Positions 17,233-27,456 of a DNA stretch of 32,000 nt are shown here, piece by piece (the stretch's first letter is position 1; each line of letters begins with the position of its first letter). The notes under the pieces were generated by a model that made no database searches, was not told the DNA's origin, and worked only from the letters and a program-made list of their open reading frames with translations. The translations under genes and the position numbers were made by a program. This DNA comes from Promethearchaeia archaeon (lineage in GTDB: Archaea > Asgardarchaeota > Lokiarchaeia > Sigyniarchaeales > SOKP01), in contig JAWOFX010000064.1 of NCBI GenBank assembly GCA_046497275.1, forward strand, positions 1-32,000, read 5' to 3'.

Positions 17233-17604
17233 TTATTTATCCTCAGACTTGATTATTTTATCATAATCAAGTTTCAAATTAAATCTATTTTTCCAATCTT
17301 CAAGATGGTCAAATAAATAGTCTCTATCAATGTTTAAGTATTCAAGAAAATCGTTTAATTTAATACTTTTAGTTCCCTTAAGAAGTTTCTCTAATTTTTC
17401 ATCGACTTTTCCTTCTGTCGGTTGTTTCTTTTTCCTCGATCTTAATTCTTCTAATAAAGCAAAGTTATTACTGTCATTAAAGAAATATTGGACAATATTA
17501 TTGATAACTGCTGCTTGCGTTCTTCCAAATACACCTACTAATTCATCGATCATATCCATATAAATATTGCTTAAGGTGACAGTGGTGCGTTTGGTATCAG
17601 TCAT
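17233..17604 (-). CDS. Ribbon-helix-helix (CopG/Arc-like) DNA-binding protein with an extra C-terminal helical domain
   Basis: KRTTVTLS beta-ribbon, then MIDELV and GRTQAAVINNIV helices. The C-terminal IKLNDFLEYLNID resembles an HTH. Confidence 0.65.
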   Translation of the reverse strand: MTDTKRTTVTLSNIYMDMIDELVGVFGRTQAAVINNIVQYFFNDSNNFALLEELRSRKKKQPTEGKVDEKLEKLLKGTKSIKLNDFLEYLNIDRDYLFDHLEDWKNRFNLKLDYDKIIKSEDK

Positions 17605-17749
17605 TTATTATTATTTTTTGATTTTTCTGATAAGGATTATATTAATTTTATATTTATATTACTATTTAATCTTATGCTTATTTATGCATTATTATCATAA
17701 TTAAGCATCATTTATATATTAAAATGATTTAATATTAATTAAAGAACTT

Positions 17750-17788
17750 GAAAAAGTTTAAAATTCAAAATGTCGAAAAAATGTCGAA
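17750..17788 (+). promoter_or_regulatory. BRE/TATA (GAAAAAG-TTTAAAAT) followed by a perfect tandem 11-bp repeat, candidate operator
   Basis: TATA at 17757-17764; AAAATGTCGAA at 17767-17777 and 17778-17788. Confidence 0.55.
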
Positions 17789-17807
17789 GTTTTAGTGGAG
17801 GATAAAA

Positions 17808-18062
17808 ATGGCAAATAATATTTTAATTCAGAATCTTATTGAAGAAATGGAGATTTTATCACCACTTCAATTTAATTTAATAAAAAAATTAAAAGAAGAA
17901 GGTCCATTAACCAGGAGACAACTTGTAAATAAACTAAGGACACCTCGAACAACAATATATGATAATTTAGTCAAACTTCAAAAGAAAAAAGTGGTTGAAA
18001 AATTTTCAAGAAATAACGGAAAGCGTGGCCGACCAAAAGTTTATTGGAAAATCCTAAAATAG
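17808..18062 (+). CDS. Small winged-HTH transcriptional regulator (TrmB/ArsR-like)
   Basis: GPLT..QL...L..PRTTIYDNL..L.KK..V and GRP wing motif. GGAGG ribosome-binding site upstream. Confidence 0.85.
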   Translation: MANNILIQNLIEEMEILSPLQFNLIKKLKEEGPLTRRQLVNKLRTPRTTIYDNLVKLQKKKVVEKFSRNNGKRGRPKVYWKILK

Positions 18063-18404
18063 TTTTTTTTAATATTTTATATATTTTTTTTGATAATTAA
18101 TTAAGAAATCTTTGTTTGGAAGATTATTCTTCAAAATTAGAATTTAATCAAAAATTGTTTTAATATTAGGTTTATAGACTCCAATTTTTCCATTGCAAAA
18201 AAAAGAAAATATGTTAATTTCAAAATATATTTAAATTAATATAAAAATGGATCCCAGATTCAAAATTTTTTTTAATTAATAAATATAGCTATTAAAACAT
18301 GAACAAATTAATTGTTCAAAAAATACAATAAGCTTGCACTGGAAAAAAAGGAGTCTAAAAAGATTTTAATTTTTAATAATTATTACTTAAAAAGAGGTTT
18401 TAAA

Positions 18405-19388
18405 ATGATTAGTTATAAGGAATTAGGATTCAAAAATACGAAAAGAATGTTTGAGGTAGCATTAAAGGGAAACTTTGCTGTCCCAGGTTATAATATAAAT
18501 AATTTAGAGCAATTACAAGCAATTATAAATGGCTGTGGTAAAAGTAGGTCTCCTGTAATTATACAAATAAGCAAGGGTGCGCGAGATTATGCAAATCAGA
18601 CTATGCTTAGATATTTAGGCCAAGGAGCTGTCGAAATGGCTAATGAATTAGGATATAAAATACCTATAGCACTCCATTTAGATCATGGAGACTCATTTGA
18701 ATTATGTAAATCTTGTATTGATCATGGATTTTCAAGTGTAATGTTTGATGGAAGTCACTTGGCTTATGAAGATAACATAAAATTAACTAAAAAGGTTGTG
18801 GAATATGCCCATAAAAATGATGTTTCAGTAGAAGCAGAATTAGGAATATTGGCAGGAATAGAAGAGCATGTAAAATCAGAGGAACATAGATATACTGATC
18901 CAGAAAAAGTCGAGGATTTTGTAAAAAGAACTCAATGTGATTCTTTGGCTATTGCGATAGGGACATCTCATGGAGCATATAAATTTAAGGTTGAAAAAAA
19001 AGAAGATATACCTGAATTAAGATTTGATATTTTGAAGGAAGTTAAAAAGAGATTAGGTGATTTTCCAATAGTACTTCATGGATCCTCTTCAGTTCTACAA
19101 AATTATGTGAAAATAATTAATGATTTTGGTGGTGCTTTAGAAAAAGCTTTCGGAATTCCTGAATCTCAACTGAGAAAAGCTACAGAATATGGAGTAAGTA
19201 AGATTAATATTGATACTGATGGAAGATTAGTTTTCACAGCAATGGTAAGAAAATATTTATCTGAAAATCCTGATGTTTTTGATCCTAGAAAATATTTAGG
19301 TTTAGCGAGAGATGAACTTACTAAAATGATTTTAAGAAAAAATAAAGAAGTTCTTGGTTCCGCTGGAATGGCTGATTTATTAGTTTAA
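18405..19388 (+). CDS. fba: Class II fructose-1,6-bisphosphate aldolase (bacterial type)
   Basis: ALHLDHG, GFSSVM.DGS, VEAELG, LA.AIGTSHGAYK, VLHGSS, KINIDTD. Start moved to ATG 18405, which has GAGG upstream. Confidence 0.95.
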   Translation: MISYKELGFKNTKRMFEVALKGNFAVPGYNINNLEQLQAIINGCGKSRSPVIIQISKGARDYANQTMLRYLGQGAVEMANELGYKIPIALHLDHGDSFELCKSCIDHGFSSVMFDGSHLAYEDNIKLTKKVVEYAHKNDVSVEAELGILAGIEEHVKSEEHRYTDPEKVEDFVKRTQCDSLAIAIGTSHGAYKFKVEKKEDIPELRFDILKEVKKRLGDFPIVLHGSSSVLQNYVKIINDFGGALEKAFGIPESQLRKATEYGVSKINIDTDGRLVFTAMVRKYLSENPDVFDPRKYLGLARDELTKMILRKNKEVLGSAGMADLLV

Positions 19389-19416
19389 TTGAATTTCTAT
19401 TTAAAAATTAGGCCAA

Positions 19417-21237
19417 TCATTTTTTTGGAATATAATAATATTCATTAATACTTTTTTGATACTCATCTTTATTACTTCCAAGTTTATTTACTCTAGGCCT
19501 TTTCGTTATAGAATCCCTTCTGAAAGTAATACCCATTATTTCTAAAAATGTATTAAATCCATCTCGAAGATTTTTAGGTGCTAAGGCTCTTCCTTGTATA
19601 CCAGGAGAACCCTTGAATACCATTATAGAATCAGCGATAAAATCTTGAGTAATTATATCATGTTCGACTACAAAAGCGCATTTTTTAATCTCTTCGATAG
19701 ATTTTCTAATCAATTGAGCAACTTGTAATCTCATTTCAGCATCTAAAAAAGCAGAAGGTTCATCAAGTAAGTAAATATCTGCCTCAGTTCCTAAACAACT
19801 TGCAATCGCTAATCTTTGCAACTCCCCCCCACTTAATTCAGAAACTAATCTATCTTTAAGATCATTCAATTTAAGATTATCAATCAATCTTCTTTTATAT
19901 GATTCACTCAAATAAGATGCTAATTTAATTTCATTTAAATAATTAGAAACCTTCGTTTCTTCATTTAATTGTATATATTGATGTTTAAAGGAAACTTTTA
20001 AACCGTTTCTCTTATTTATTTCATTCTCAATTTTTGAATTATTGGATTTAACATTTTCTGCAATTAAGTTCACGAAAGTTGATTTTCCAATTCCATTTGG
20101 TCCTAATATACCAATTATTTCTCCAGCATGAATTTCACTCCCCATAACTTCAAGGTGAAAATTTCCCAATGTTGTTTCCATATCCTCATAAGAGAAAATG
20201 ATATTTCCCGAGTCATATAGTGATTCTTGAGGAGGTCTTTCATGAAATTTTATTGATTCCTCTCTAAAACGGATATTTTCATCCTTTATATAACCATTTA
20301 AATAAATATTTATTCCAACTCTTACACCTTGCGGATGAGATATTATTCCATAAACTCCTGGTTTTCCATATAATAATGAAACGTAGTCACTTAAATAATC
20401 GAGAATCGCAAGATCATGTTCAACGACTATTATTGTTTTATCCGCATCTGTCATACTTCTTATTAATTTAGCCATTTTTATCCTTTCACTTACATCTAAA
20501 TATGAGCTAGGCTCATCAATTAAATACACATCTCCATCTTTTAAAATTCCTGCTGCGATAGCTACCCTCTGTAATTCTCCTCCCGATAAAACAGAAATAT
20601 TTCTATCTAATATTTTCGTCAAATTAAGGTTTTCTGCGATATTCTGAATTATATCATTTTCGTCATTTTTCTTCAAGACCTCATATACTTTCCCCGAAAC
20701 AAACTGTGGTATCGATGTTATATCTTGAGGTTTATATACTACCTTAATCTTTTGTTCTTTCAATTCAGTAAAATACTGTTGCAATTCTGAACCTTTAAAA
20801 TAATTTATAATCTCATCCCAGTCTGGTGATTCTTCATTAAATCTTCCGAAGTTTATTTTTAACGTTCCCGATAGGATTTTTATTAAAGTGCTTTTTCCAA
20901 TACCATTTTGTCCAATAATTCCTAATACTTTTCCTTTTTTTGGGATAGCCATTCTAAATAAAGAGAATTGATCTGGACCATATCTATAAGTCATTTCCTT
21001 TTTTAGAGGGTCCGGTAAGTTAACAATACTGATTGCCCCAAATGGACATTTTTTAATACATATTCCACAACCAGAACAAAGATTTTCAGCTATTTCTACT
21101 TTATTTATTTCTTCATTAAGAACAATTGTTTTATCTCCAGTTCTTACTCGTGGACAATATTTAATACAAGGTTTCTCACCAAAAGGACTACACTTATCTG
21201 GTTTGCATTTGTCCTTGTTAAGTACAGCAATCCTCAT
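19417..21237 (-). CDS. rli: ABCE1/RLI ribosome recycling ATPase
   Basis: N-terminal Fe-S Cys motifs (CKPDKC, CIKYCP, CSGCGICIKKCPF) and two ABC domains (GQNGIGKS, LSGGELQR, DEPS; GPNGIGKS). Confidence 0.97.
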   Translation of the reverse strand: MRIAVLNKDKCKPDKCSPFGEKPCIKYCPRVRTGDKTIVLNEEINKVEIAENLCSGCGICIKKCPFGAISIVNLPDPLKKEMTYRYGPDQFSLFRMAIPKKGKVLGIIGQNGIGKSTLIKILSGTLKINFGRFNEESPDWDEIINYFKGSELQQYFTELKEQKIKVVYKPQDITSIPQFVSGKVYEVLKKNDENDIIQNIAENLNLTKILDRNISVLSGGELQRVAIAAGILKDGDVYLIDEPSSYLDVSERIKMAKLIRSMTDADKTIIVVEHDLAILDYLSDYVSLLYGKPGVYGIISHPQGVRVGINIYLNGYIKDENIRFREESIKFHERPPQESLYDSGNIIFSYEDMETTLGNFHLEVMGSEIHAGEIIGILGPNGIGKSTFVNLIAENVKSNNSKIENEINKRNGLKVSFKHQYIQLNEETKVSNYLNEIKLASYLSESYKRRLIDNLKLNDLKDRLVSELSGGELQRLAIASCLGTEADIYLLDEPSAFLDAEMRLQVAQLIRKSIEEIKKCAFVVEHDIITQDFIADSIMVFKGSPGIQGRALAPKNLRDGFNTFLEIMGITFRRDSITKRPRVNKLGSNKDEYQKSINEYYYIPKK

Positions 21238-21323
21238 TTAAACTCACTATAATCCTAAATAAAAAATGATAAATAAATATATTCATTATTACACTAAAGA
21301 TTTAAGCATAGTGGTGAATAAAT

Positions 21324-23030
21324 TTGGAAACAGAATATTCTATTCATTGGTTATTAGATATCATTAAAAAAATTGAAAAAAGAAACCCAGAAAAAATTAC
21401 CTTAGCTACGGGGAAGACCCCTTCAGGACATATTCATATTGGAATTCTAAGAGAGATAATTATATGTGATTCTCTTAGAAGAGTTTTCGAAGAAAAAAAT
21501 AATGAGGTAAGATCTTATCTTTTTCTTGACAGTTTAGATGCTGCCAAGCGATTTCCAGAATATATTAAAAAATCATTTCAAAAAAAACATATAGGAAAAC
21601 CATTTTGTTTTATACCTTGTCCTTTTGATGATTGCGGATGTGAAAGCTACGCTTTTCATTTTGGAAACGAATTAGTATCAACTTTCAATGATTTTGGTAT
21701 AGATAATAAAATAATTTGGACTCATGAATTATATAGAACGAATGAGATGATAGAAAAAATAAAAATCGCACTTAATAATACTGAAAAAATTAAACAAATT
21801 TTAAAAAAATTCATTTTACCAACTTTAGACGAGGAAAAGAAAGATCAATTCCTTGAAACACAGAAGGATTGGATGCCAGTCATGGCTGTTTGCCGTAAAT
21901 GTCATAAAATTCAAGCACGTGATAATGATGGAACAATAATTCCAAATAGGATTATATCTTATGATAAAAATAATGAACAAATCACTTATAAATGTCCCGC
22001 TTGTGGATTTGAAGAGGTTCTCTCTATATATGAAGGAAACCTGAAGTTAAATTGGAGAGTTGATTGGCCAGCTAAATGGGCTATTTTTAAAACCACTTGT
22101 GAACCTGCTGGTAAGGACCATTGTGTCAAAGGAGGATCATATGATACTGGTCTTGAAATATGCCAAGATATCTTTGGTTATAAAGGTCCAATTAAGGTTC
22201 CTTATGAATGGCTAAGATTAGGAGAAAGAGATATGAAAACATCTAAGGGTATTGTTTTTACTCCAAAAAATTATTTAAAAATTGCAGATCCAGAAATTTT
22301 TAGAACATTAATTTTAAGAACAAATCCAATGAAACATATCTCATTTAGAATTGAGGAACTTCCTCAATATCATGATTATTTTGAAAAAATGGAAAATATT
22401 TATTATTCTTTGGAAGAGGCTGAATCCAAAGAAGAAGTGGATTATTATAATTTTATGTATCCTCTAACTAAAATTGATGAAATCCCCAAAGAGAAAAAAA
22501 ACAGATTATCATTTAATTTATTAATCTTTTTATCTCAAATTCAAAATATTTTAAGTTTTGATAAAATTTATGAAAAAGCTAAAGAAATAATGATTGAAAA
22601 TAAATTTGAAAATATTATAAATAAAAACCAATTCAAAAAATTACTTGAGAAAACAAAAAATTGGATCGAAGAAATAAAAAAAATAATAGAAGAGGAACAA
22701 GACAAAAAAACCAAGAGAAGAATTCAACAAAAAATTACTCTCTTTTCAATTCCAGAAGAAATTAGTTTGGATTTGAAAAAACAATTAGAAGAGAATCAAA
22801 AAAAAGGAATTAAATATTTGAGAGAATATTTATTACAAACTGAGGATTTAGATGCTGATAAAATTCAAAATAAAATATTTTCTATTGCGAAGGATCAATT
22901 AAATATGCCCCCAAAAAAACTATTTCAAGCTATTTATAAAATCTTAATAGGCAAAAAGTATGGACCAAGATTGGGGCCATTTTTGAAAATGCTTGACAAA
23001 GATTGGTTGATCGAGAGATTAAACATTTAA
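21324..23030 (+). CDS. lysS: Class I lysyl-tRNA synthetase
   Basis: TPSGHIHIG (HIGH), KL.WRVDWPAKW, EPAGKDH, MKTSKG (KMSKS-like), GPRLG. TTG start with GGTGA RBS. Confidence 0.96.
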   Translation: METEYSIHWLLDIIKKIEKRNPEKITLATGKTPSGHIHIGILREIIICDSLRRVFEEKNNEVRSYLFLDSLDAAKRFPEYIKKSFQKKHIGKPFCFIPCPFDDCGCESYAFHFGNELVSTFNDFGIDNKIIWTHELYRTNEMIEKIKIALNNTEKIKQILKKFILPTLDEEKKDQFLETQKDWMPVMAVCRKCHKIQARDNDGTIIPNRIISYDKNNEQITYKCPACGFEEVLSIYEGNLKLNWRVDWPAKWAIFKTTCEPAGKDHCVKGGSYDTGLEICQDIFGYKGPIKVPYEWLRLGERDMKTSKGIVFTPKNYLKIADPEIFRTLILRTNPMKHISFRIEELPQYHDYFEKMENIYYSLEEAESKEEVDYYNFMYPLTKIDEIPKEKKNRLSFNLLIFLSQIQNILSFDKIYEKAKEIMIENKFENIINKNQFKKLLEKTKNWIEEIKKIIEEEQDKKTKRRIQQKITLFSIPEEISLDLKKQLEENQKKGIKYLREYLLQTEDLDADKIQNKIFSIAKDQLNMPPKKLFQAIYKILIGKKYGPRLGPFLKMLDKDWLIERLNI

Positions 23031-23227
23031 TCTTGTTTTTTCTTTCTGGTGAAAATACTTTTCATTTTATTAATCAATCCTTTTTTCTTTTTCTCTTCTT
23101 GTAAAACATTGTAGCATTCAGGGCAAAATGTGTATGACTCTTTAATCATTTTTCCACATTTTTTACAATGTTTATGTGGATAAATATAACTTTCAGTTTT
23201 TTTATCATATCTTTCAAATTTACTCAA
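23027..23227 (-). CDS. Small Zn-ribbon protein, DUF2116-like
   Basis: PHKHCKKCG..I.....FCPEC motif. Confidence 0.75.
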   Translation of the reverse strand: MSKFERYDKKTESYIYPHKHCKKCGKMIKESYTFCPECYNVLQEEKKKKGLINKMKSIFTRKKKQD

Positions 23228-23269
23228 AAGCTATCACCTAAGATGATAATAAGTATAGGAATTGATTTT

Positions 23270-24544
23270 TTAAATCTTTTTCACTCCACTTTTATTTATT
23301 TTAATCTTGAAAAATTGAGCATTTCGAAGTTCATCAATTATTTCTAAAGGATAATTGGGAAACTGAGACTTGAATCTTTGATCATCATATAAGATATCTT
23401 CCAAACTTTTTTTCCAATAATTAAATATTTGTTCCAATTTATCGGGATTCACTAAAGCAAAAACAGATCCACCGCCGCCTGCGCCAGTAAGCTTCGCTGA
23501 ATATACTTCAGGATGTTTTTGAATTAAATCTATTAAAATATTATTTGCCAAACCTATACCATATTTGAATCCAGCTCTTTCCATTATATCATTCATTATT
23601 TTTGTATTTTCTTTAAAAAATTGTCCTAATCTCTCCCAATTCTTTTCCATTATCGCAAACCGGGATTTCCATGCGATTTGTGCTAATTTTTCATAATTTT
23701 TTATGAGATTTTCATTATTAGATAAATATAGATCTCTTAATTTCTTATGAACATTTCCACTTTCATGGATGGACCCAGAAAAACAAATAATGATCGGTAA
23801 TGAGTTTATTTCGTAAATACCATCAATTCTATCATAGACAGCTAAAGGCTCATGTTTTATCTTTTTATGATATAATTTTCCGTTATAAGAGCAGAAAGAT
23901 AGTCCTCCTCTGGAAATCACATAACGATCACTATAACCCGCTGTAATCTTGAGATCTTTATCTTCAACTTTAGTACATATTTCCGCTAACGTATCTTTAT
24001 TTATTGGTATATCTTTTTCTTTTAATCCATTCAATTTATTAATAAAATTATAATATTTCGCAAGACCATATAAAAATGCAAGAATAATGGCAGAACTTCC
24101 ACCTAAACCACTTTGACGAGGAATTGTCGATAAAATTCCCACTTCAAAATGATTATTTTTAATAGTTTCCCAAAATGATGAATTTGATAAAGAAATTCTA
24201 TACAAAGTAGCGTAGATTAATTTTAAATCCTTAGTAAAATCCTCTTTAATTTTGTCTATGTCTTTGATCAAATCTTCAGCTTTAATGAGATTTAAGCTGA
24301 ATTTGTTATTTTCTTCCAATTTATTTTCTAAAAATTCATAAATTTTAATTTTACTCTTATCGGTTCTTTCTTTAATATATAAAAAAACAGATAAAGGATT
24401 ATACTTCCCTTCAATTGCTACGGCAGGCATCCAATAATCTGCCTCAACAGCATCTAAAGGATTAATTAAGTTAATTCTAGCAGGTGCTTGAACAATTAAA
24501 TCGGCTTTCAAATTCCTAAATGAATTTATTATAAAGCGATACAT
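23270..24544 (-). CDS. GHMP-family sugar kinase, glucuronokinase-like
   Basis: APARI.L, IPRQSGLGGSSA (motif 2), AG..DR, KLTGAGGGG (motif 3). Confidence 0.85.
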   Translation of the reverse strand: MYRFIINSFRNLKADLIVQAPARINLINPLDAVEADYWMPAVAIEGKYNPLSVFLYIKERTDKSKIKIYEFLENKLEENNKFSLNLIKAEDLIKDIDKIKEDFTKDLKLIYATLYRISLSNSSFWETIKNNHFEVGILSTIPRQSGLGGSSAIILAFLYGLAKYYNFINKLNGLKEKDIPINKDTLAEICTKVEDKDLKITAGYSDRYVISRGGLSFCSYNGKLYHKKIKHEPLAVYDRIDGIYEINSLPIIICFSGSIHESGNVHKKLRDLYLSNNENLIKNYEKLAQIAWKSRFAIMEKNWERLGQFFKENTKIMNDIMERAGFKYGIGLANNILIDLIQKHPEVYSAKLTGAGGGGSVFALVNPDKLEQIFNYWKKSLEDILYDDQRFKSQFPNYPLEIIDELRNAQFFKIKINKSGVKKI

Positions 24545-24626
24545 ATAATTTTAGAACCATTTATTGCAATTATTTATAAAGATGAAAAATAAACGCAATT
24601 TATAAATATAAATATAAAAAAAAAAT

Positions 24627-25244
24627 GTGCTACAGAAAAATTCTTCAGATAAAAATTATAGGTTCTATTTGGGTTTAATTTTAATCTTATTGATAATATT
24701 TCTACCTTTTTTAATATTTAAAAAATCATTATTTGTAATTTCAATCAATTCTATGAGTCCTACATTGAATATTGGTGATTTAGTTATTGTGTCTCCAAAA
24801 GATCCAGATAATATTTTTGCAGAAGAAAATTCAGGTAATATTTTAGTTATAAAGGGACCAGAATATTATTATAAAATGGGATTTGATCCATCTTTTTGGA
24901 ATTTCCTTGATAATAATACTCCCATTATCCATAGAGCTATAGATAAAAGAAAAATAAATGAAACTTGGTACTTTTTAACTAAAGGTGATAATAATAAAGC
25001 ACCTGATGGATCTTATTCTTATATAAATAAATCTGAGGATTATCTTTTAATCGAACTTAATTATTCAAATGGAATATTCATACCAGAAAATGAAATATTA
25101 GGAATAGTATTGTTTAAAATTCCTTTAATTGGATTCTTAAATCTATATTTCTTGCCTTTAAGTATATTGCTGAGTATATTTTTTTTAATATATTTAATAT
25201 TTAAATTCAATAAGATTAAAATAAAAATCATCAAGGAGAGATAG
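24627..25244 (+). CDS. sec11: Signal peptidase I, S26B (Sec11/SipW type)
   Basis: N-terminal TM, S..SM.P.L..GDL, IIHR, F.TKGDNN..PD, C-terminal TM. Start uncertain. Confidence 0.9.
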   Translation: MLQKNSSDKNYRFYLGLILILLIIFLPFLIFKKSLFVISINSMSPTLNIGDLVIVSPKDPDNIFAEENSGNILVIKGPEYYYKMGFDPSFWNFLDNNTPIIHRAIDKRKINETWYFLTKGDNNKAPDGSYSYINKSEDYLLIELNYSNGIFIPENEILGIVLFKIPLIGFLNLYFLPLSILLSIFFLIYLIFKFNKIKIKIIKER

Positions 25245-25301
25245 TCTAAATAATAACCATAAAGCAAGTATTTAAAAAATTATATAGATAAAAATAAACC
25301 T

Positions 25302-26390
25302 ATGACTAAGAAAGGAAAGTTTCGGATATTATCTTATTTAATAGAAGATGAATTGATTTTCTATAGAAGCTTAAATAATAGTAAGAAGATAATTGCTTTC
25401 ACCTTATTAGAAATTAAAGATCATAATTTAATTCTGCCAAAACTTTTTGAATTTTTAATAGAAGAATCAATTAGTTATTTTTCATTTCAATTCAATAAAA
25501 CCAATGAACTTTTGCTATTGATCTGTATAGAAAATGATAAACGAGGGAACATAAAAAACCTTTTTATGATAATTAAAGAAAAGTTAAACTTTCAAAATTC
25601 TATTAAAATACTGAAAAATAATGAATTAGAAGATCGTTTTTTAAAAATATTTAACAATAAATTAAAATTTAATTCCAAGTTAAAAAAGCAAGAAAATGAA
25701 ATAACTTTTCAAGAGAATAAACAAAATTTCAAAATTAATTATTTTAAGATTAATTTAGATTCTATAACAAAAAAAAAATTATTCATCAATAGTTTTTTTA
25801 AAGTTCTGGAAGATTTTAGCCAAGGAGGCACTCTTATTTTTAGTTTTAAAATTAATAAAAATTATCAATTAGTATTAGCCTGCTATTTAATTAATATCAT
25901 AAAAAATGAAGAATTAAATAATTTTTTTTGTGAAGAGATGAACAATTTTTATGGAGATAAATTACTAACTAAAATAACCTTAAATATAAGCGATCTCGGA
26001 AACATTTTATGGAGATTACCAATTGAAAAATCTTATCTGTTTTACGCAGATTTTTCAGAAATTTTTGAAAAGTACTATCCATCGAAAATTCTAAATTATA
26101 TCAATCATTTGGAGGAGAAACTATTGGAAATGAAGACTTCCTTTATTAAATTAAACCAAAATATGTTAATCATTAAAAGAAAAATATTATTCATTATTAA
26201 TCTCAAAGTTGACTTGAATTATCTTAAAAAACTAATTGATAGATACTATTCAAAATACTATATTTATTTAGTAATTATTAATCAAAGAGAATATCAGAGA
26301 TTATCAAAAGTTAAGAAAATAAATATGTTAAATGGACTTAAGATAATGAATAAATCAGAGTTCAGTGATTTTAAATTTAATTTTAATTAA
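25302..26390 (+). CDS. Hypothetical protein (362 aa)
   Basis: Long AT-rich ORF; no motif recognised. Confidence 0.75.
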   Translation: MTKKGKFRILSYLIEDELIFYRSLNNSKKIIAFTLLEIKDHNLILPKLFEFLIEESISYFSFQFNKTNELLLLICIENDKRGNIKNLFMIIKEKLNFQNSIKILKNNELEDRFLKIFNNKLKFNSKLKKQENEITFQENKQNFKINYFKINLDSITKKKLFINSFFKVLEDFSQGGTLIFSFKINKNYQLVLACYLINIIKNEELNNFFCEEMNNFYGDKLLTKITLNISDLGNILWRLPIEKSYLFYADFSEIFEKYYPSKILNYINHLEEKLLEMKTSFIKLNQNMLIIKRKILFIINLKVDLNYLKKLIDRYYSKYYIYLVIINQREYQRLSKVKKINMLNGLKIMNKSEFSDFKFNFN

Positions 26391-26650
26391 AATATTCCTA
26401 AATCAATAGCAATATCTTGGGCAGAATAATCTGGATGTAATTTAATAAATGCCTTCTTTTGTCCTTTTGGAGTTATCAAGGTATTTACTTTTAATACTTT
26501 TACATTGTAAATTTTTTCAATAGCTCTCTTAATTTGACTTTTATTTGATAATTTGTCTACAATTAAAACGAGTTTATTTTCTCTTTCTATGAGATCAAAT
26601 GTTTTTTCTGTTATTAAAGGTCTTTTAATTATTTTATAAAATCTTTCCAT
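26387..26650 (-). CDS. rpl23: 50S ribosomal protein uL23
   Basis: II.RP..TEK....IE.ENKL..IV...[22 protein letters not shown]. Confidence 0.97.
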   Translation of the reverse strand: MERFYKIIKRPLITEKTFDLIERENKLVLIVDKLSNKSQIKRAIEKIYNVKVLKVNTLITPKGQKKAFIKLHPDYSAQDIAIDLGIF

Positions 26651-26653
26651 GTT

Positions 26654-27445
26654 TTAAATCAACTCATCATATTTTTTTAATTCATCAAATGCTGATTGGG
26701 TCCAAATTACTAATCTCCCAGATAAACCTCCTGGTGCTAAATCATTAATTGATAAATTTTCTATTTTAATAACATTAATACCGGGAATATTTCTTGCTGC
26801 TTTATAAATTCCAAAATCATCCTTGATTATAATTAAAAAACTACTTTTTTTTTTATATTTTCGTCCTCTTCTTTTGCCCTTACCTGATCTAATTTTTTTA
26901 CTTTTCTTCTTTACTCTTTCCATTTCATCTTTAAAACCAAGTTCATTTAGTTTTGAGTAAATTTCTTGAGTTTTTTTAATAGTCTGTATTTTATCATCAA
27001 TAACAAATGGAATTTCTGGAATATTATCTATTATGTGCCCTCGCATTTCAATCCATTTTTGATTGGCACTAGCAGCAATAGCTGAAATTAATGAAATTTT
27101 ATTTGATTTTTTATTTATTTTTTTTTCTCTTCCTATATTTGATTTTATTGGGTGAGATTGTCTTCCTCCTCTCGCAAATGGTACTTTACCGACATTTCTA
27201 GCTGTTGGAAACCCAGACCCCTTTATCCTAGGTGCCCTTGACATTCCATGTCCAGTCCCCCAACCTTCCGCAGTATTTCTTAATCCAGCTCTATTATCTC
27301 TTCCTTGAGGCTGAACTTGTTTACTTTGAGTCACTTCTGTAGCTTGATAAATCAAATCTTTCCGAGGCTTCGTCTGAAAAACCTTTGGTAAATCAATTGC
27401 TTCCTTCTTATTTCCATCCAAATCATATACATTAATTTTTTGCAT
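26654..27445 (-). CDS. rpl4: 50S ribosomal protein uL4
   Basis: QPQGRD..AG...AE.WG.G.G..R.PR, RSGKGK.RGRKY, LAPGG..GRL..WT. GGAGG RBS. Confidence 0.97.
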   Translation of the reverse strand: MQKINVYDLDGNKKEAIDLPKVFQTKPRKDLIYQATEVTQSKQVQPQGRDNRAGLRNTAEGWGTGHGMSRAPRIKGSGFPTARNVGKVPFARGGRQSHPIKSNIGREKKINKKSNKISLISAIAASANQKWIEMRGHIIDNIPEIPFVIDDKIQTIKKTQEIYSKLNELGFKDEMERVKKKSKKIRSGKGKRRGRKYKKKSSFLIIIKDDFGIYKAARNIPGINVIKIENLSINDLAPGGLSGRLVIWTQSAFDELKKYDELI

Positions 27446-27456
27446 CTTTTCCTCCT

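Noticed and set aside
18312-18404. 31-aa N-terminal extension of Fba in the ORF track; likewise short extensions on adkA (12593), rpl3 (28485) and the 801-aa ORF (4882)
   Set aside because: Downstream ATGs fit the family N-termini, RBS position or ATGA coupling better.
23027-23030. Convergent genes sharing a TTAA stop overlap (also 26387-26390)
   Set aside because: A common feature of compact AT-rich genomes; no evidence of special function.
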